The notes beneath the pieces were generated by a model. It saw nothing but the letters and a program-made list of their open reading frames with translations, ran no database searches and was not told the DNA's origin. Source: a virus (Duplodnaviria > Caudoviricetes). Taken from it: a stretch of DNA of 35,899 nt. Below are positions 13,287-23,205 of this stretch, piece by piece. The DNA is taken from the IMG/VR virus record IMGVR_UViG_3300017747_002940, positions 1 through 35,899 of that record; one strand, written 5' to 3'. The position numbers and the translations under genes were made by a program. The stretch's first letter is position 1. Every line of letters starts with the position of its first letter.

Positions 13287-14776
13287 CAACAAAGCAAGGC
13301 CTAGCGCGGGAGTTGTCGCTAGAGCTGGCGCGACGCGACCTGTCGGAGTTTGCGCGTAGAGTTCCCGTTCCTGGATCGCCAATATCCGACGCAGAAGATG
13401 GGGCGAGAATCCCGCTGATTGAAACGCAGCAGGCAGAGCACCACAAACTGATTCTTCGGGAAATGCAGCGGTGTATGGAAACCCCGCACGGCAGGCTTAT
13501 GATTATGGCGCCGCCCGGTAGTGCAAAAAGCACCTATGCTAGTGTCGTTGCGCCCTCTTGGTATCTCGGCAGCAAGCCTGAGCGGCGCGTCATCCTGGCA
13601 AGCTATGGCGACGAATTGGCACGCAGACAGGGGCGAAGAACGCGGCAGCTTCTGCGGTCTTCTGAGTGCGTGGAAATCATCCAAGCGCAGCTAGAAGCGG
13701 ACTCACGCGCAGCGGATGAGTTTGGGCTTACAAACGGGTCGGAATACATCGCTTGCGGCATCATGGGCGGCGTCACGGGCAACAGAGCGCACGGCATCGT
13801 GATTGACGACCCCATCAAAGGGCGCGAGCAGGCCGACAGCCAGACGATCCGGGATCGCACGTTTGAGGCGTACGAAGACGACCTTTTGACTCGCCTGATT
13901 CCGGGCGGCTGGGTGGTTATCATCAACACCCGATGGCACGAGGACGACCCCTGCGGGCGAATCCTGCCGGCAAGTTGGGCTGGCCAGTCGGGCGACATTG
14001 AATGCAGGGACGGCAACACCTGGCGCGTGCTGTGCCTGCAAGCGGAGTGTCAAACGCTGACCGATCCGTTGAAGCGCGGCATGGGCGATATGCTCTGGCC
14101 TGAATGGTTCGATGCCAAGCATTGGTCGCAGTTCAGGCTCAACCGCCGCACATGGTCAAGCCTGTATCAGCAGCTTCCGGCCCCGGCAGACGGCATCATG
14201 TTCCGCAAGGACGACATGGCGACCTATGACGTGAAACCTGGCGGGCTGCGCATCATCTGCGCCAGTGACAACGCGGTAACGCCGGGCGGTGGGGACTGGA
14301 CAGAGCAAGGCGCGGCCGGCATTGCACCCGATGGCTCGCTGTACCTGCTGGACTGGTGGCGGGATCAGGTTGGACCGGAAATCTGGATAGAGCGTCAAAT
14401 TGACATGATGGTCAGGCACAAGCCGCTTGCGTGGTTCTGCGAATCCGGACCAATCCGCCGCGCGACCGAAGGCAGGCTTCGCGCAAGAATGGCAGAGCGC
14501 GAGGTCAACTGCCGGCTTGAGTATCTGCCAAGCATCGCAGACAAGCCTACGATGGCGCAAAGTATCATCGCCACTGCAGGCATGGGGAAACTATGGTGGC
14601 CGCGTGCAGCGTGGGCGCCTGAACTGCAGCGGCAGTGCTTGGTGTTTCCTGCCGGGTCTCCCGATGACGGAGTGGATACGCTTGGATTACTTGGGCGCGG
14701 AGCCGATACGCTCGGGCGCAGGAATGCCGAGACATACGACTTCAGCAAATCAGCAGCGCAAGGGGCGAGAATCTAG
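13283..14776 (+). CDS. terL: Terminase large subunit
   Basis: Walker A-like APPGSAKST, Walker B IVIDDP, NTRWHEDD, C-terminal nuclease FPAGSPDDGVD. Confidence 0.92.
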   Translation: MTTKQGLARELSLELARRDLSEFARRVPVPGSPISDAEDGARIPLIETQQAEHHKLILREMQRCMETPHGRLMIMAPPGSAKSTYASVVAPSWYLGSKPERRVILASYGDELARRQGRRTRQLLRSSECVEIIQAQLEADSRAADEFGLTNGSEYIACGIMGGVTGNRAHGIVIDDPIKGREQADSQTIRDRTFEAYEDDLLTRLIPGGWVVIINTRWHEDDPCGRILPASWAGQSGDIECRDGNTWRVLCLQAECQTLTDPLKRGMGDMLWPEWFDAKHWSQFRLNRRTWSSLYQQLPAPADGIMFRKDDMATYDVKPGGLRIICASDNAVTPGGGDWTEQGAAGIAPDGSLYLLDWWRDQVGPEIWIERQIDMMVRHKPLAWFCESGPIRRATEGRLRARMAEREVNCRLEYLPSIADKPTMAQSIIATAGMGKLWWPRAAWAPELQRQCLVFPAGSPDDGVDTLGLLGRGADTLGRRNAETYDFSKSAAQGARI

Positions 14777-14824
14777 CCAATCCTCCGTTGCATCATCCAT
14801 GTGCCAGCGTAGAATCCCCGCCGA

Positions 14825-16981
14825 ATGGATGCCGTCACAGATGCAGCAAAACTCTACGCAGAAAGCCTTGATGCCCTGCGGGAGCAGCGCGCGCAGATTG
14901 AAGAAGACCTAGCGTTTTCCGATCCGTCAAACCCGAAGCAGTGGGATGACCAAGAAAGAGCAGAGCGAGAACGCGACCCGGGAGGGGCGCGGCCGTGCTT
15001 GGTCATGGATCAGATTGGGCAGTATGTGTCCAACGTGGCGGGCCAGATCGAGCAGCGGCCCCCGGCAGTCCACGCCATTCCTGTCGGCGCCGGTGCCGAC
15101 ATCCGCGTGGCCGAAAAGCTGGATGGCGTGTTCCGCCAGATCGAATATGCCAGCCGCGCCCAGCAGCATTACGCCCGCGCGCTGACATCCGCAGCCCGTG
15201 CGGGTGTCGGTTACCTAGTTCTGCGGCCCGAGGTCATCGACCGCGCGCTGAACTACAGCGAGCCGCGTATCAGCAGCGAGGGCGACCCGCTGCGGGTGGT
15301 GTTTGACCCGTGGTCCGTAGAGCTGGACGGCTCAGATGCAAACTTTGGTTTCCTGCTGTCTCCTTTGAGTCATTCAGAGTTTGAGCGGCAGTTTCCCGGC
15401 AAGGAGAAAGTATCGTTTGACGGCAAAGAAGCCCGTACCGTCACCGATACGCGCGAATCCATCGTAATCGCGGAACAGTGGTACTGCGAAGAAACCACCG
15501 TTGATATGGTGATTTTTGGCCGTCCTGAAACGCAGATGAGAGAATCGCTGACCAAGACTGATTTTGTTGCTTCGCTTGAAGCCGGAGAACAACTGCAGTT
15601 CCTTGGCGAATACAAGGACAAGCGCAAGCAAGTATGGTGGCGCAAGATCAGCGGCGCCGACATCCTGCAGCAGTCGCAAACCCCAGACGGCAAGAAAGCC
15701 CCCTATCCCGCTGACGGCATCGGCATTGTTCCGGTGTATGGGTACGTGGGCTGGTCTGACGGCCGGATGAAATACTGCGGCATTCCCCGGAGAGCAAGGG
15801 AACCGCAGCTGGCCTACAACTACCATCAGTCCGAGATTCGGGCCTACATGAGCCAAGCCCCCAAGGCTCCGTGGCTTGCCAGCGCACGGGCCGTGAAGGG
15901 CTACGAGAAGCTGTGGGATCGAGCAGGCGTTGAGAGCAGAGCTTTCCTGCCTTACAACGACATCGACGAAGAAGGCCCCATTGCTGCCCCGCAGCGCATG
16001 CAGAACACCGTGAGTCTGCAGAACCACATCGCAAACGCACAACAAGCGTTGCAGGACATCCAAGCCAGCATCGGGATGTACCAGGCGAACCTTGGTGCCC
16101 CAAGCAACGAAAGCAGCGGCGTAGCGATTGACGCGCGCAAATCTCAGGGCGAATCCAGCACGGCTCACTTTCAATCGCACTTAGCTGCAGGCATGGCTCA
16201 GATCGGCCGGCTGACCATGCAGATGTGCGCCAGACTACTGGACACCTCGCGCCAACAACGGATGCTTGGGATTGACAACACGCCAAGCATGGTGCAGATC
16301 AATCCCAACCAGCCGGAAGCCGTTCAAGAAACAGAAAACGGCCTGAGCATCAACCCATCACGCGGCACCTATGACGTGCGCGTTGTGGTCGGGGCAAGTT
16401 TCACCACGCAACGCCAGCAAGCACAAGCGGCGTTTGCCGAAATGATCCGCGCCAATCCCCAGATGGCCCCCGCACTGGCCCCGTTGTGGGCGCAAAGTTT
16501 GGATGTGCCACACGCTGACAAGCTGGCCCAGGTGCTGACCGCAGTTGCTCCGCCTGAAGTGCGCGCCATCCTGCAGCCGGACGAGAAAGAGACGACCGGC
16601 GCACTCAAGGCGCAAATGGAAGAAATGAAAGCAGCGTTAAAGGAAGCCATCCAACACGCTGAAGACGCGCAGCGGGAGTGCGACGAGAAAGACGCGCAGC
16701 TTCAGCAAAAAGAAGTCGAGTCCGACGCGCAGAAACGTGAGCTGGACATTAAGGCTTACAGCGCAGAGACAGACCGGCTCAAAGTCACGGGCGCCAACGA
16801 AGAACAACTCCGCGTCATCGTTGGCGACCTTATCAACAGCATGTTGACGCAGCCCGAGCCGTTGCCTGCTGAGATGCCGGAAGCCTATGAGCCGCCCGAG
16901 ATGGAAGAGGGCATGGAACAGCCAGAAATGAGCGAAATGCCAGAAACAATGCCCGAACAGGGCGCAGAGGTAATGCAATGA
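14825..16981 (+). CDS. P22-like portal protein
   Basis: 718 aa after TerL; RPCLVMDQI, NESSGVAIDARKSQG, YDVRVVVGASFTTQRQ; C-terminal coiled-coil barrel. Confidence 0.9.
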   Translation: MDAVTDAAKLYAESLDALREQRAQIEEDLAFSDPSNPKQWDDQERAERERDPGGARPCLVMDQIGQYVSNVAGQIEQRPPAVHAIPVGAGADIRVAEKLDGVFRQIEYASRAQQHYARALTSAARAGVGYLVLRPEVIDRALNYSEPRISSEGDPLRVVFDPWSVELDGSDANFGFLLSPLSHSEFERQFPGKEKVSFDGKEARTVTDTRESIVIAEQWYCEETTVDMVIFGRPETQMRESLTKTDFVASLEAGEQLQFLGEYKDKRKQVWWRKISGADILQQSQTPDGKKAPYPADGIGIVPVYGYVGWSDGRMKYCGIPRRAREPQLAYNYHQSEIRAYMSQAPKAPWLASARAVKGYEKLWDRAGVESRAFLPYNDIDEEGPIAAPQRMQNTVSLQNHIANAQQALQDIQASIGMYQANLGAPSNESSGVAIDARKSQGESSTAHFQSHLAAGMAQIGRLTMQMCARLLDTSRQQRMLGIDNTPSMVQINPNQPEAVQETENGLSINPSRGTYDVRVVVGASFTTQRQQAQAAFAEMIRANPQMAPALAPLWAQSLDVPHADKLAQVLTAVAPPEVRAILQPDEKETTGALKAQMEEMKAALKEAIQHAEDAQRECDEKDAQLQQKEVESDAQKRELDIKAYSAETDRLKVTGANEEQLRVIVGDLINSMLTQPEPLPAEMPEAYEPPEMEEGMEQPEMSEMPETMPEQGAEVMQ

Positions 16982-18459
16982 CTACCCTTGAAGCGGGCTC
17001 GGCGACATCGCTGCTGATTTCCAACAACGGATTCTTGGAAGTGGCAACGGGTGGTGGGTTTGGATCGGTGACGATCACGCCCACGGGTGGTGTGGCAGTT
17101 TCTGAAGCGTGGGGGCCTGCGCCGTTCCGCAAGCGTTGGACGGGCTACCCCGATGGCGCGGCGGTGTCTCTGACAAACACGACAAGCGCATCGTTTGACT
17201 ATGAAACGGACACAACGAATCTACCGCTAGCAGTCCAAGCCCTGGTGCAAGGGGGTGGGATGCGGTCCTTGGTGCAGTACCTGCCGAGCGCCACAGACAT
17301 CACGGTGGACGCCGCAGCCGCGACTGTCACGCCGGGGCCGGTGACGGCAGCCAACGTGGCCACCGAGGCGGCCACCTTGCGCGCGGCCCTGACCCGGAGC
17401 TACAACTTCCGCACGTCGAACGCGGAAACGGCCAAATGGCTCAATGTGCCTGGCGGGATCATCGATACCCAGTGGTACGGCACGGCTGCACAAAGCGAGG
17501 CGTACACCAGCGGCGGAACGGATCGCCTGTTCGAGAACGGGGTGTTCGAGTTGGTGACTGACGCCACCGACATCGCCATCATGTTCTATGGCCAGTCCGC
17601 CACGGTGGCACAGTTCCTTATCGATGGGGTCACTGCCCAGTCATCGGACTACACCACCACGGCGCCCCTGGCTGGCGACAACCGCGAAATGTGGTTCCGG
17701 TTCGTCTTCAGTGGCCGCAAGCCCCGCGTGATCGAGTTCCAGCAGCCGGCCGGCGTGCGGCTGTGGGAAGTGCGCTGCGGCCCAACGGCAACCATCTGGA
17801 AGCCAGGCCGGCGTCCGCGCATCAAGATCGTGGCCGACTCCTTCGGCGTGCGCCGCGCGGCCGTGGGCGAAACCGAGCCCACCAGCAGCGATGCCATTGC
17901 GCGAGTTGGCGCCGTCATTTCTCGGGTGCTGGGGTTCGCCGTGCCTGTGCAGTCGTGTGCAGGTGGTACGGGCTTCGCCAAGACGTTCACGAACACCGGC
18001 AATTACGCCTGGCGCATGACGCGAGAGGCGGCAGACCCGACCATCGACGTGGTGTGGCTCTGGGGCAGCGGCAACGATTTGGACCAGACCGAGGCGGCAG
18101 TTCGCCAGGGCGTCACCGACGCCATCGGCCTCGCCAAGTCCAAGCACCCAACAACCAGAATCATCGTCACGGGCATTCTGGGCGGCATGTGGACAGAGGA
18201 CGCGACCCACCAGGCGGTTACGTCATGGGTGCGCACGCAGGCGCTCTCGCTGGGCGCGACCTACATCCCCGTGGCCAGCTATGAAACAGGCGACCAGGGA
18301 GTGATTTTCGGCACCGGCCGCGTGGGTGCAACGACCGGCGACGGCAACGCGGATGTCTACCTGGGCGGCGGCGGTACGGATCGCCATTGGAACGTGGCCG
18401 GCATAAAGTATTACGCCCGGCGCATGGCGCAGACCGTGGCAGCGGCAATCGCGGCTTGA
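16978..18459 (+). CDS. SGNH/GDSL hydrolase-domain protein
   Basis: IVADSF (block I), GGTGF, GSGND (block III), DRHWN (DxH). Confidence 0.75.
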   Translation: MTTLEAGSATSLLISNNGFLEVATGGGFGSVTITPTGGVAVSEAWGPAPFRKRWTGYPDGAAVSLTNTTSASFDYETDTTNLPLAVQALVQGGGMRSLVQYLPSATDITVDAAAATVTPGPVTAANVATEAATLRAALTRSYNFRTSNAETAKWLNVPGGIIDTQWYGTAAQSEAYTSGGTDRLFENGVFELVTDATDIAIMFYGQSATVAQFLIDGVTAQSSDYTTTAPLAGDNREMWFRFVFSGRKPRVIEFQQPAGVRLWEVRCGPTATIWKPGRRPRIKIVADSFGVRRAAVGETEPTSSDAIARVGAVISRVLGFAVPVQSCAGGTGFAKTFTNTGNYAWRMTREAADPTIDVVWLWGSGNDLDQTEAAVRQGVTDAIGLAKSKHPTTRIIVTGILGGMWTEDATHQAVTSWVRTQALSLGATYIPVASYETGDQGVIFGTGRVGATTGDGNADVYLGGGGTDRHWNVAGIKYYARRMAQTVAAAIAA

Positions 18460-18501
18460 TTCAAGCTCCTGCCGACTATCTCCCTAGCAACTGGAGGCAT
18501 C

Positions 18502-18684
18502 ATGAACTCGCAACAAGACCTCACCATGCCCAAGCTCAGCCAAGAGGCAGCCGAACTCGACCGTTTGATGCAGCAGAGGGGGATTATTTGCGGCACCGGC
18601 CGAGACGCCCGGCAAGACGTTGCGGAAGTGCCCCTGGAACTCACCGAATCTGGCAGAGAGCTACTGCGGCGCCTGTCGGCTTGA
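18502..18684 (+). CDS. Small hypothetical protein
   Basis: GGAGG RBS. Confidence 0.55.
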   Translation: MNSQQDLTMPKLSQEAAELDRLMQQRGIICGTGRDARQDVAEVPLELTESGRELLRRLSA

Positions 18685-18727
18685 TCCCCAGCCCCTGCCG
18701 GTGCACCAACAGAAAGGACAACCAGAC

Positions 18728-18928
18728 ATGACGACCCTTGCCCCTCACCAACAGAGCGTTGTGGACGAGAAGGAAGAACTGAGCGAGCGCCTGAGCAAGC
18801 TGCTGGCCTTCTTCCAAGGCCCCATCTTCCCGACGCTGCCTGAAGCGGAACAGATGCGCCTGCGGAACCAGGCCCGGTTCATGGACGGCTATGCGGCAGT
18901 GCTGGAAGACCGCATCCGCGCCTTCTGA
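18728..18928 (+). CDS. Small conserved phage protein (crAss001_48-like)
   Basis: PHQQSVVDEKEELSERLSKL...QARFMDGYAAVLEDRI; AAGGA RBS. Confidence 0.65.
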   Translation: MTTLAPHQQSVVDEKEELSERLSKLLAFFQGPIFPTLPEAEQMRLRNQARFMDGYAAVLEDRIRAF

Positions 18929-19026
18929 TTCAAGCCTTTTTGCCGGCACCTTTAACCCGCTGCCCGACCGGCGCAAATAGTCGAGCTGTTATGGGTATCG
19001 CAGTGATGCGCCCCCGTGGAGAGTGA

Positions 19027-19833
19027 ATGAGCACCGAAACCGCGTTGTCACCCGCTGCACCAGCAGCCGAGGCGACCGGCAATCAAGAGGCCGAAACCAA
19101 CACGCCAGCCATAGCCGAGACAACATCAGGCGAACCGCAGGCCGAAACCACAGAAGGCGAGGCAAAGCCCGAAAAATCTCCGCTGGAGAAAGAGCTTGCG
19201 CGCGAACGGCGCCGGATTGCCCAACTCACGCGCATCCGCAGAGAGCAAGAAGCCGAGCTTGCATCTTTGCGCTCAAATGCTCCGTTGCAACGTCAACAAA
19301 CCGGGGCATACAATGCCGACGCCTTGGGCGATAGCGGCGACACGCTGCAACTCACACGGGCGGAACTGCAGGAGCGGATTAGGGCTGAAGCTGAAAAGCT
19401 CGCACCCACGATCAACGCGGAGCAGTCCCGCCAGAAGCAGTTGCAGACGGCAGCGGCAGAAACCCGCAAGGCGCTTGGAGAACGGTTTGAAGAGTTGACG
19501 GATGACCTCGCGGCAGTCCTGCCGGCACCGAAGCAACTTCGGGTGCTGACGGCGGAAAAGCCAGCGGCCCTTATCCAGTACCTCACCGATCCCGAGAACG
19601 CGGCGGAAGCTGACGCACTCGCTGGCATGGATGATTTTGACTTCGGCCGGGCGCTTTCCCGATTGGAAGCCAAAGCGTATGCAGCAACGGCATCAACGCA
19701 ACCGCAGCGCAGCAACGCAGCGACCCCCGTGGAACCCACGCGGGGCAGAGGGACCATCAACGGCGGCCCGCCGTCCGACATCAAAGCCTACGTCAAGTGG
19801 GCAAACGAACGGGAAAACGCGGGTCAGCTTTAA
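19027..19833 (+). CDS. Scaffolding protein
   Basis: Acidic N-terminus and coiled coil; directly before the coat gene. Confidence 0.75.
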   Translation: MSTETALSPAAPAAEATGNQEAETNTPAIAETTSGEPQAETTEGEAKPEKSPLEKELARERRRIAQLTRIRREQEAELASLRSNAPLQRQQTGAYNADALGDSGDTLQLTRAELQERIRAEAEKLAPTINAEQSRQKQLQTAAAETRKALGERFEELTDDLAAVLPAPKQLRVLTAEKPAALIQYLTDPENAAEADALAGMDDFDFGRALSRLEAKAYAATASTQPQRSNAATPVEPTRGRGTINGGPPSDIKAYVKWANERENAGQL

Positions 19834-19871
19834 CTCAATTTCTAGCGCCGTGAGGCGTCGAAAGGTACATC

Positions 19872-21155
19872 GTGGCAAACGCTCTCCAGACTGCAACGCT
19901 CATCACCAACGAGGTGATTCGCATTGCTCACAACAACTCCGCCTTCCTGGGCAACATGAACACCGACTACGAACCCATGTGGAAGGGCAAGTACGCCCCG
20001 GGTTCGACCATCTATGCGCGCCGCCCGGTGCAGTTCACCATCCGCAACGGCGCGGCGGCAAACGTGCAGGACATCACCGAAAGCACGGTGCCGCTTGTCG
20101 TCAACCCCGAACTGGGCATTGACTTCGCCGTCAGCGACTACGACCTGACGACCGCGGTCCGTTCCGATGGCAGCATTGACAAGGCATTCCGTGAGCGCTT
20201 TCTGAAGCCTGCCGGTTTGCGCATTGCTGCCGAGGTGGACTTGCAGATCGGCACGCTGGTCAAGAACGCGGTTGCAAATTTCGTTGGCACTCCCGGCACC
20301 GGTCCGAGCACGTTTCTGCAAGTGGCTGAAGCTCAGGTCCCCATGGACAACAACGCTTGCCCGCGTGACGGCCTGCGCTACGCTGCCTTCAACCCGACCG
20401 CCAACGCCGCGTTGGTCGGTGGCTTTTCTGGCCTGTTTAACGCAGGCTCGCAGATCAGCCAAAACTTCAAGAAAGGCGTTTTGCAGGATGCGCTTGGCCT
20501 GGGCATCATGATGAGCCAGAACGTGCCGACGCACACTGTGGGTCCGTTGGGCGGCACCCCGCTGGTGAACGGCTTGCAAGGGATCATCAACGCAGGCGCG
20601 ACTGACAACCCCTACGCTGCCACGACCAGCCTAGTCACTGACGGCTGGACATCGGCTGCGGCGCTGCGTTTGCGCAAAGGCGACGTGTTCACCATCGGCT
20701 CCGGTGCAACGGGCGTTTTTGCTGTCAACCCGGAAACGAAGCAAAGCACGGGCGCTCTGCAGAACTTTGTGGTAACGGCTGACGCCTCTTCGGACGGCTC
20801 TGGCAATGCAACCATCGTAATCTCTCCAGCCATCATCGCTGGCGGCGCTTACCAAAACGTCACCCAGCGCGCTGCCGACAACGCCGCTATCACGGTGGTG
20901 ACCGGCACGGCATCAACGGCCTACTCGCAAAACATCCTCTGGCACCGCGACGCAATCACGTTCGTGTCGCCGGAAATGGAGTTGCCGGGCGGAATGGACA
21001 TGGCCGCGCAATCCTCGCTGGCGGATGAAGGCTCGATCAGCCTCCGCTTTGTTCGTGGTTTTGACATCGTAAACAACCGCCGCATTAGCCGCTTCGACGT
21101 GCTTTGGGCCGCTGCGGTGACAAAGCCCGAATGGTGCACCCGCCGCACGAGCTGA
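19872..21155 (+). CDS. P22-like major capsid (coat) protein
   Basis: MANALQTATLITNE...GSTIYARRP...LRKGDVFTI...RFDVLW. Confidence 0.9.
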   Translation: MANALQTATLITNEVIRIAHNNSAFLGNMNTDYEPMWKGKYAPGSTIYARRPVQFTIRNGAAANVQDITESTVPLVVNPELGIDFAVSDYDLTTAVRSDGSIDKAFRERFLKPAGLRIAAEVDLQIGTLVKNAVANFVGTPGTGPSTFLQVAEAQVPMDNNACPRDGLRYAAFNPTANAALVGGFSGLFNAGSQISQNFKKGVLQDALGLGIMMSQNVPTHTVGPLGGTPLVNGLQGIINAGATDNPYAATTSLVTDGWTSAAALRLRKGDVFTIGSGATGVFAVNPETKQSTGALQNFVVTADASSDGSGNATIVISPAIIAGGAYQNVTQRAADNAAITVVTGTASTAYSQNILWHRDAITFVSPEMELPGGMDMAAQSSLADEGSISLRFVRGFDIVNNRRISRFDVLWAAAVTKPEWCTRRTS

Positions 21156-21180
21156 CCGACAACCAACACAGGAAACCATC

Positions 21181-21666
21181 ATGGCAACCATCCCCTCACT
21201 TCCGCGCATCACTCCTGGCGGCCCAGCAATGGGCTTGGGCCTGCTGCGTCAAGTCATCGACGGCGTTGGCGCAACCCGCACTCTTGCCCCCGAAGAGTCC
21301 GGTGCGCTGTGCCTGTTTGACCGCGCCGCTGGCAACGTCTACACCCTGCCGGCGCCCCAAGTCGGCATGCAGTTTGAGTTCAGCACCACGGTGCTGGTTA
21401 CCTCGAATGCAGCAAAGGTCATCACCGATGCGGCAACGACGTTCATCGTTGGTTCGCTCATGGGTGGGTCACTGACGGTGGCCGACTCTGGTGACGTGTT
21501 CCAGGCTGACGGCACCACCATCCGGTCTGTTTCAATGGGCGGCAGCACCACGGGTGGCTTGGTTGGCGGCTCATTCACACTGACTGGCATTAGCTCCACG
21601 CAATGGCGCGTTGAGGGCGACTTTGTGGCGTCGGGCACGGTGGCAACGCCTTTTGCCACGTCCTGA
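21181..21666 (+). CDS. Putative capsid-associated/decoration protein
   Basis: Beta-rich, after the coat gene and before a terminator. Confidence 0.55.
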   Translation: MATIPSLPRITPGGPAMGLGLLRQVIDGVGATRTLAPEESGALCLFDRAAGNVYTLPAPQVGMQFEFSTTVLVTSNAAKVITDAATTFIVGSLMGGSLTVADSGDVFQADGTTIRSVSMGGSTTGGLVGGSFTLTGISSTQWRVEGDFVASGTVATPFATS

Positions 21667-21685
21667 TCTTTGGTGCAAGTGGTTC

Positions 21686-21720
21686 AGGGCGCCGCGCTAA
21701 CAAGGCCGGCGCCCTTTTTT
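21686..21720 (+). terminator. Intrinsic terminator
   Basis: AGGGCGCCG/CGGCGCCCT stem followed by T-run. Confidence 0.75.
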
Positions 21721-21731
21721 GAAAGCACGAC

Positions 21732-22262
21732 ATGCCCGGTGAAACAAACATTGTTGCCCCTAGTGCTCCGGCATTCTGTGCCGCAATCAGCGGGCTGGTT
21801 GCGGCTGCTTCGGCAACCGACATTTTTACCATTACTGGTGCTGATGGCCGACGCATCAAGATTTACCAGATTCGCATCAGCGGCATTGCCACGGCGGCGG
21901 CTTCAATTCCCATCATCATTATCAAACGTTCTTCGTTGAACACAACGGGGACATCTACCGCAGTGACGCCCGTTCTGCTGGACACGCGCGACACTTTGGC
22001 ATCCCTGGCAACAGTGCGCGCGTACACGGCAAACCCCGGAGCGTTGGGCACTGCGGCTGGAAACCTGACGGCTGTCCGACTTGGTTTAAGTACCGCATCA
22101 ACGGCCAACAATCACGGAGTTTTGGTAAGTTATGACGGCATCGCGTCCAAACAGCCGGCACTGAATTCAGCTTTGGAGTCAATCTGCATCAACTACGACG
22201 GCACCACCGTATCGGGCAATGCGCTTGACATTGAAGTATCTTGGACCGAGGAACAAGTTTGA
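21732..22262 (+). CDS. Putative virion protein
   Basis: Ala/Thr-rich beta protein in the structural operon. Confidence 0.6.
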   Translation: MPGETNIVAPSAPAFCAAISGLVAAASATDIFTITGADGRRIKIYQIRISGIATAAASIPIIIIKRSSLNTTGTSTAVTPVLLDTRDTLASLATVRAYTANPGALGTAAGNLTAVRLGLSTASTANNHGVLVSYDGIASKQPALNSALESICINYDGTTVSGNALDIEVSWTEEQV

Positions 22263-22525
22263 TGTATCCATTGAACATGAAGACCGAAGGCGCAAAGCCT
22301 GGGTTTGCCGTGGCAAACAACGAAGCAGAGCACGCAGCTTTGACGGCAGCCGGCTATCTGCCAGCGCTGGTGGTTGAGCCCATTGCTCCCTTGGAATTGC
22401 CCGCCGACGAAGTGCCGGACGGCGATGGCCGCACGGTTGCATCTGTGCGCGCCGAACTGGACGCCGCAGGCATTGCCTATGACAAGCGCTTGGGCCTGGC
22501 CCGATTGATTGAGCTGCTGCCTTGA
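22262..22525 (+). CDS. Small head-region protein (HeH/LEM-like C-terminus)
   Basis: TVASVRAELDAAGIAYDKRLGLARLIELL. Confidence 0.6.
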   Translation: MYPLNMKTEGAKPGFAVANNEAEHAALTAAGYLPALVVEPIAPLELPADEVPDGDGRTVASVRAELDAAGIAYDKRLGLARLIELLP

Positions 22526-23205
22526 CGACCGCCCGCCAAATCATCACTAGCGCTCTTACGGTGCACCTTAACCGGCTGTCGCCGGGTGAGACGCTGGATG
22601 CTGATCTAGCGGCGCCGTGCTTGGTTGGCCTGAACGAAATTACCGACGAAATCAGCGGCGCGGGCTCAATGCTTTGGCGCGAAACGCTCGAAAACTCGCT
22701 GACGACGATCACGGGCATCACCGCAACGCTTGGCACCGATTGGGCCAACGTCCTGCCGGGTGACGACCTCTTGGGCGCGACATACAACCCCGGAGGCTAT
22801 GACTTCCCTATTGCCATCATCACGATGCAGCAATATCAGGATGACATCAGCGTCAAGACCACATCAGGCGGCTTTCCGCAGTATCTGGCCTATGACGGGC
22901 AGTCAACCGTGTTCCTGTACCCCGGCGCGACGGGGCAGACGATCACGCTGCGCATCAAGCGCTCAATCACCGAGTTTGCGGACTTGGATACGGACTATTT
23001 CATGCCGCAGGGCTGGCGTGGGGCAATGTCGGCCATGTTGGCTGAACGAATGGCCCCTAGCATTTTGGGCGCCATCCCGCCTAACATTGTACGGACAGCA
23101 GCCAACGCTAAACGCGCTTTGACTGCGCGTGCAATGCAGCCTGCAATCATCGGCGGTGGAGGAAACTCTGTGCGCGGAAACATCTTTAACGGGTTTTTGC
23201 CGTAA
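22522..23205 (+). CDS. Head-tail adaptor (P22 gp4-like)
   Basis: TTARQIITSAL...MLAERMAP; position before the gp10-like gene. Confidence 0.7.
   Translation: MTTARQIITSALTVHLNRLSPGETLDADLAAPCLVGLNEITDEISGAGSMLWRETLENSLTTITGITATLGTDWANVLPGDDLLGATYNPGGYDFPIAIITMQQYQDDISVKTTSGGFPQYLAYDGQSTVFLYPGATGQTITLRIKRSITEFADLDTDYFMPQGWRGAMSAMLAERMAPSILGAIPPNIVRTAANAKRALTARAMQPAIIGGGGNSVRGNIFNGFLP

Noticed and set aside
14788-14815. TTGCAT-16-TAGAAT promoter before the portal gene
   Set aside because: Plausible, but the spacing is suboptimal and there is no other support, so it is not listed as a feature.
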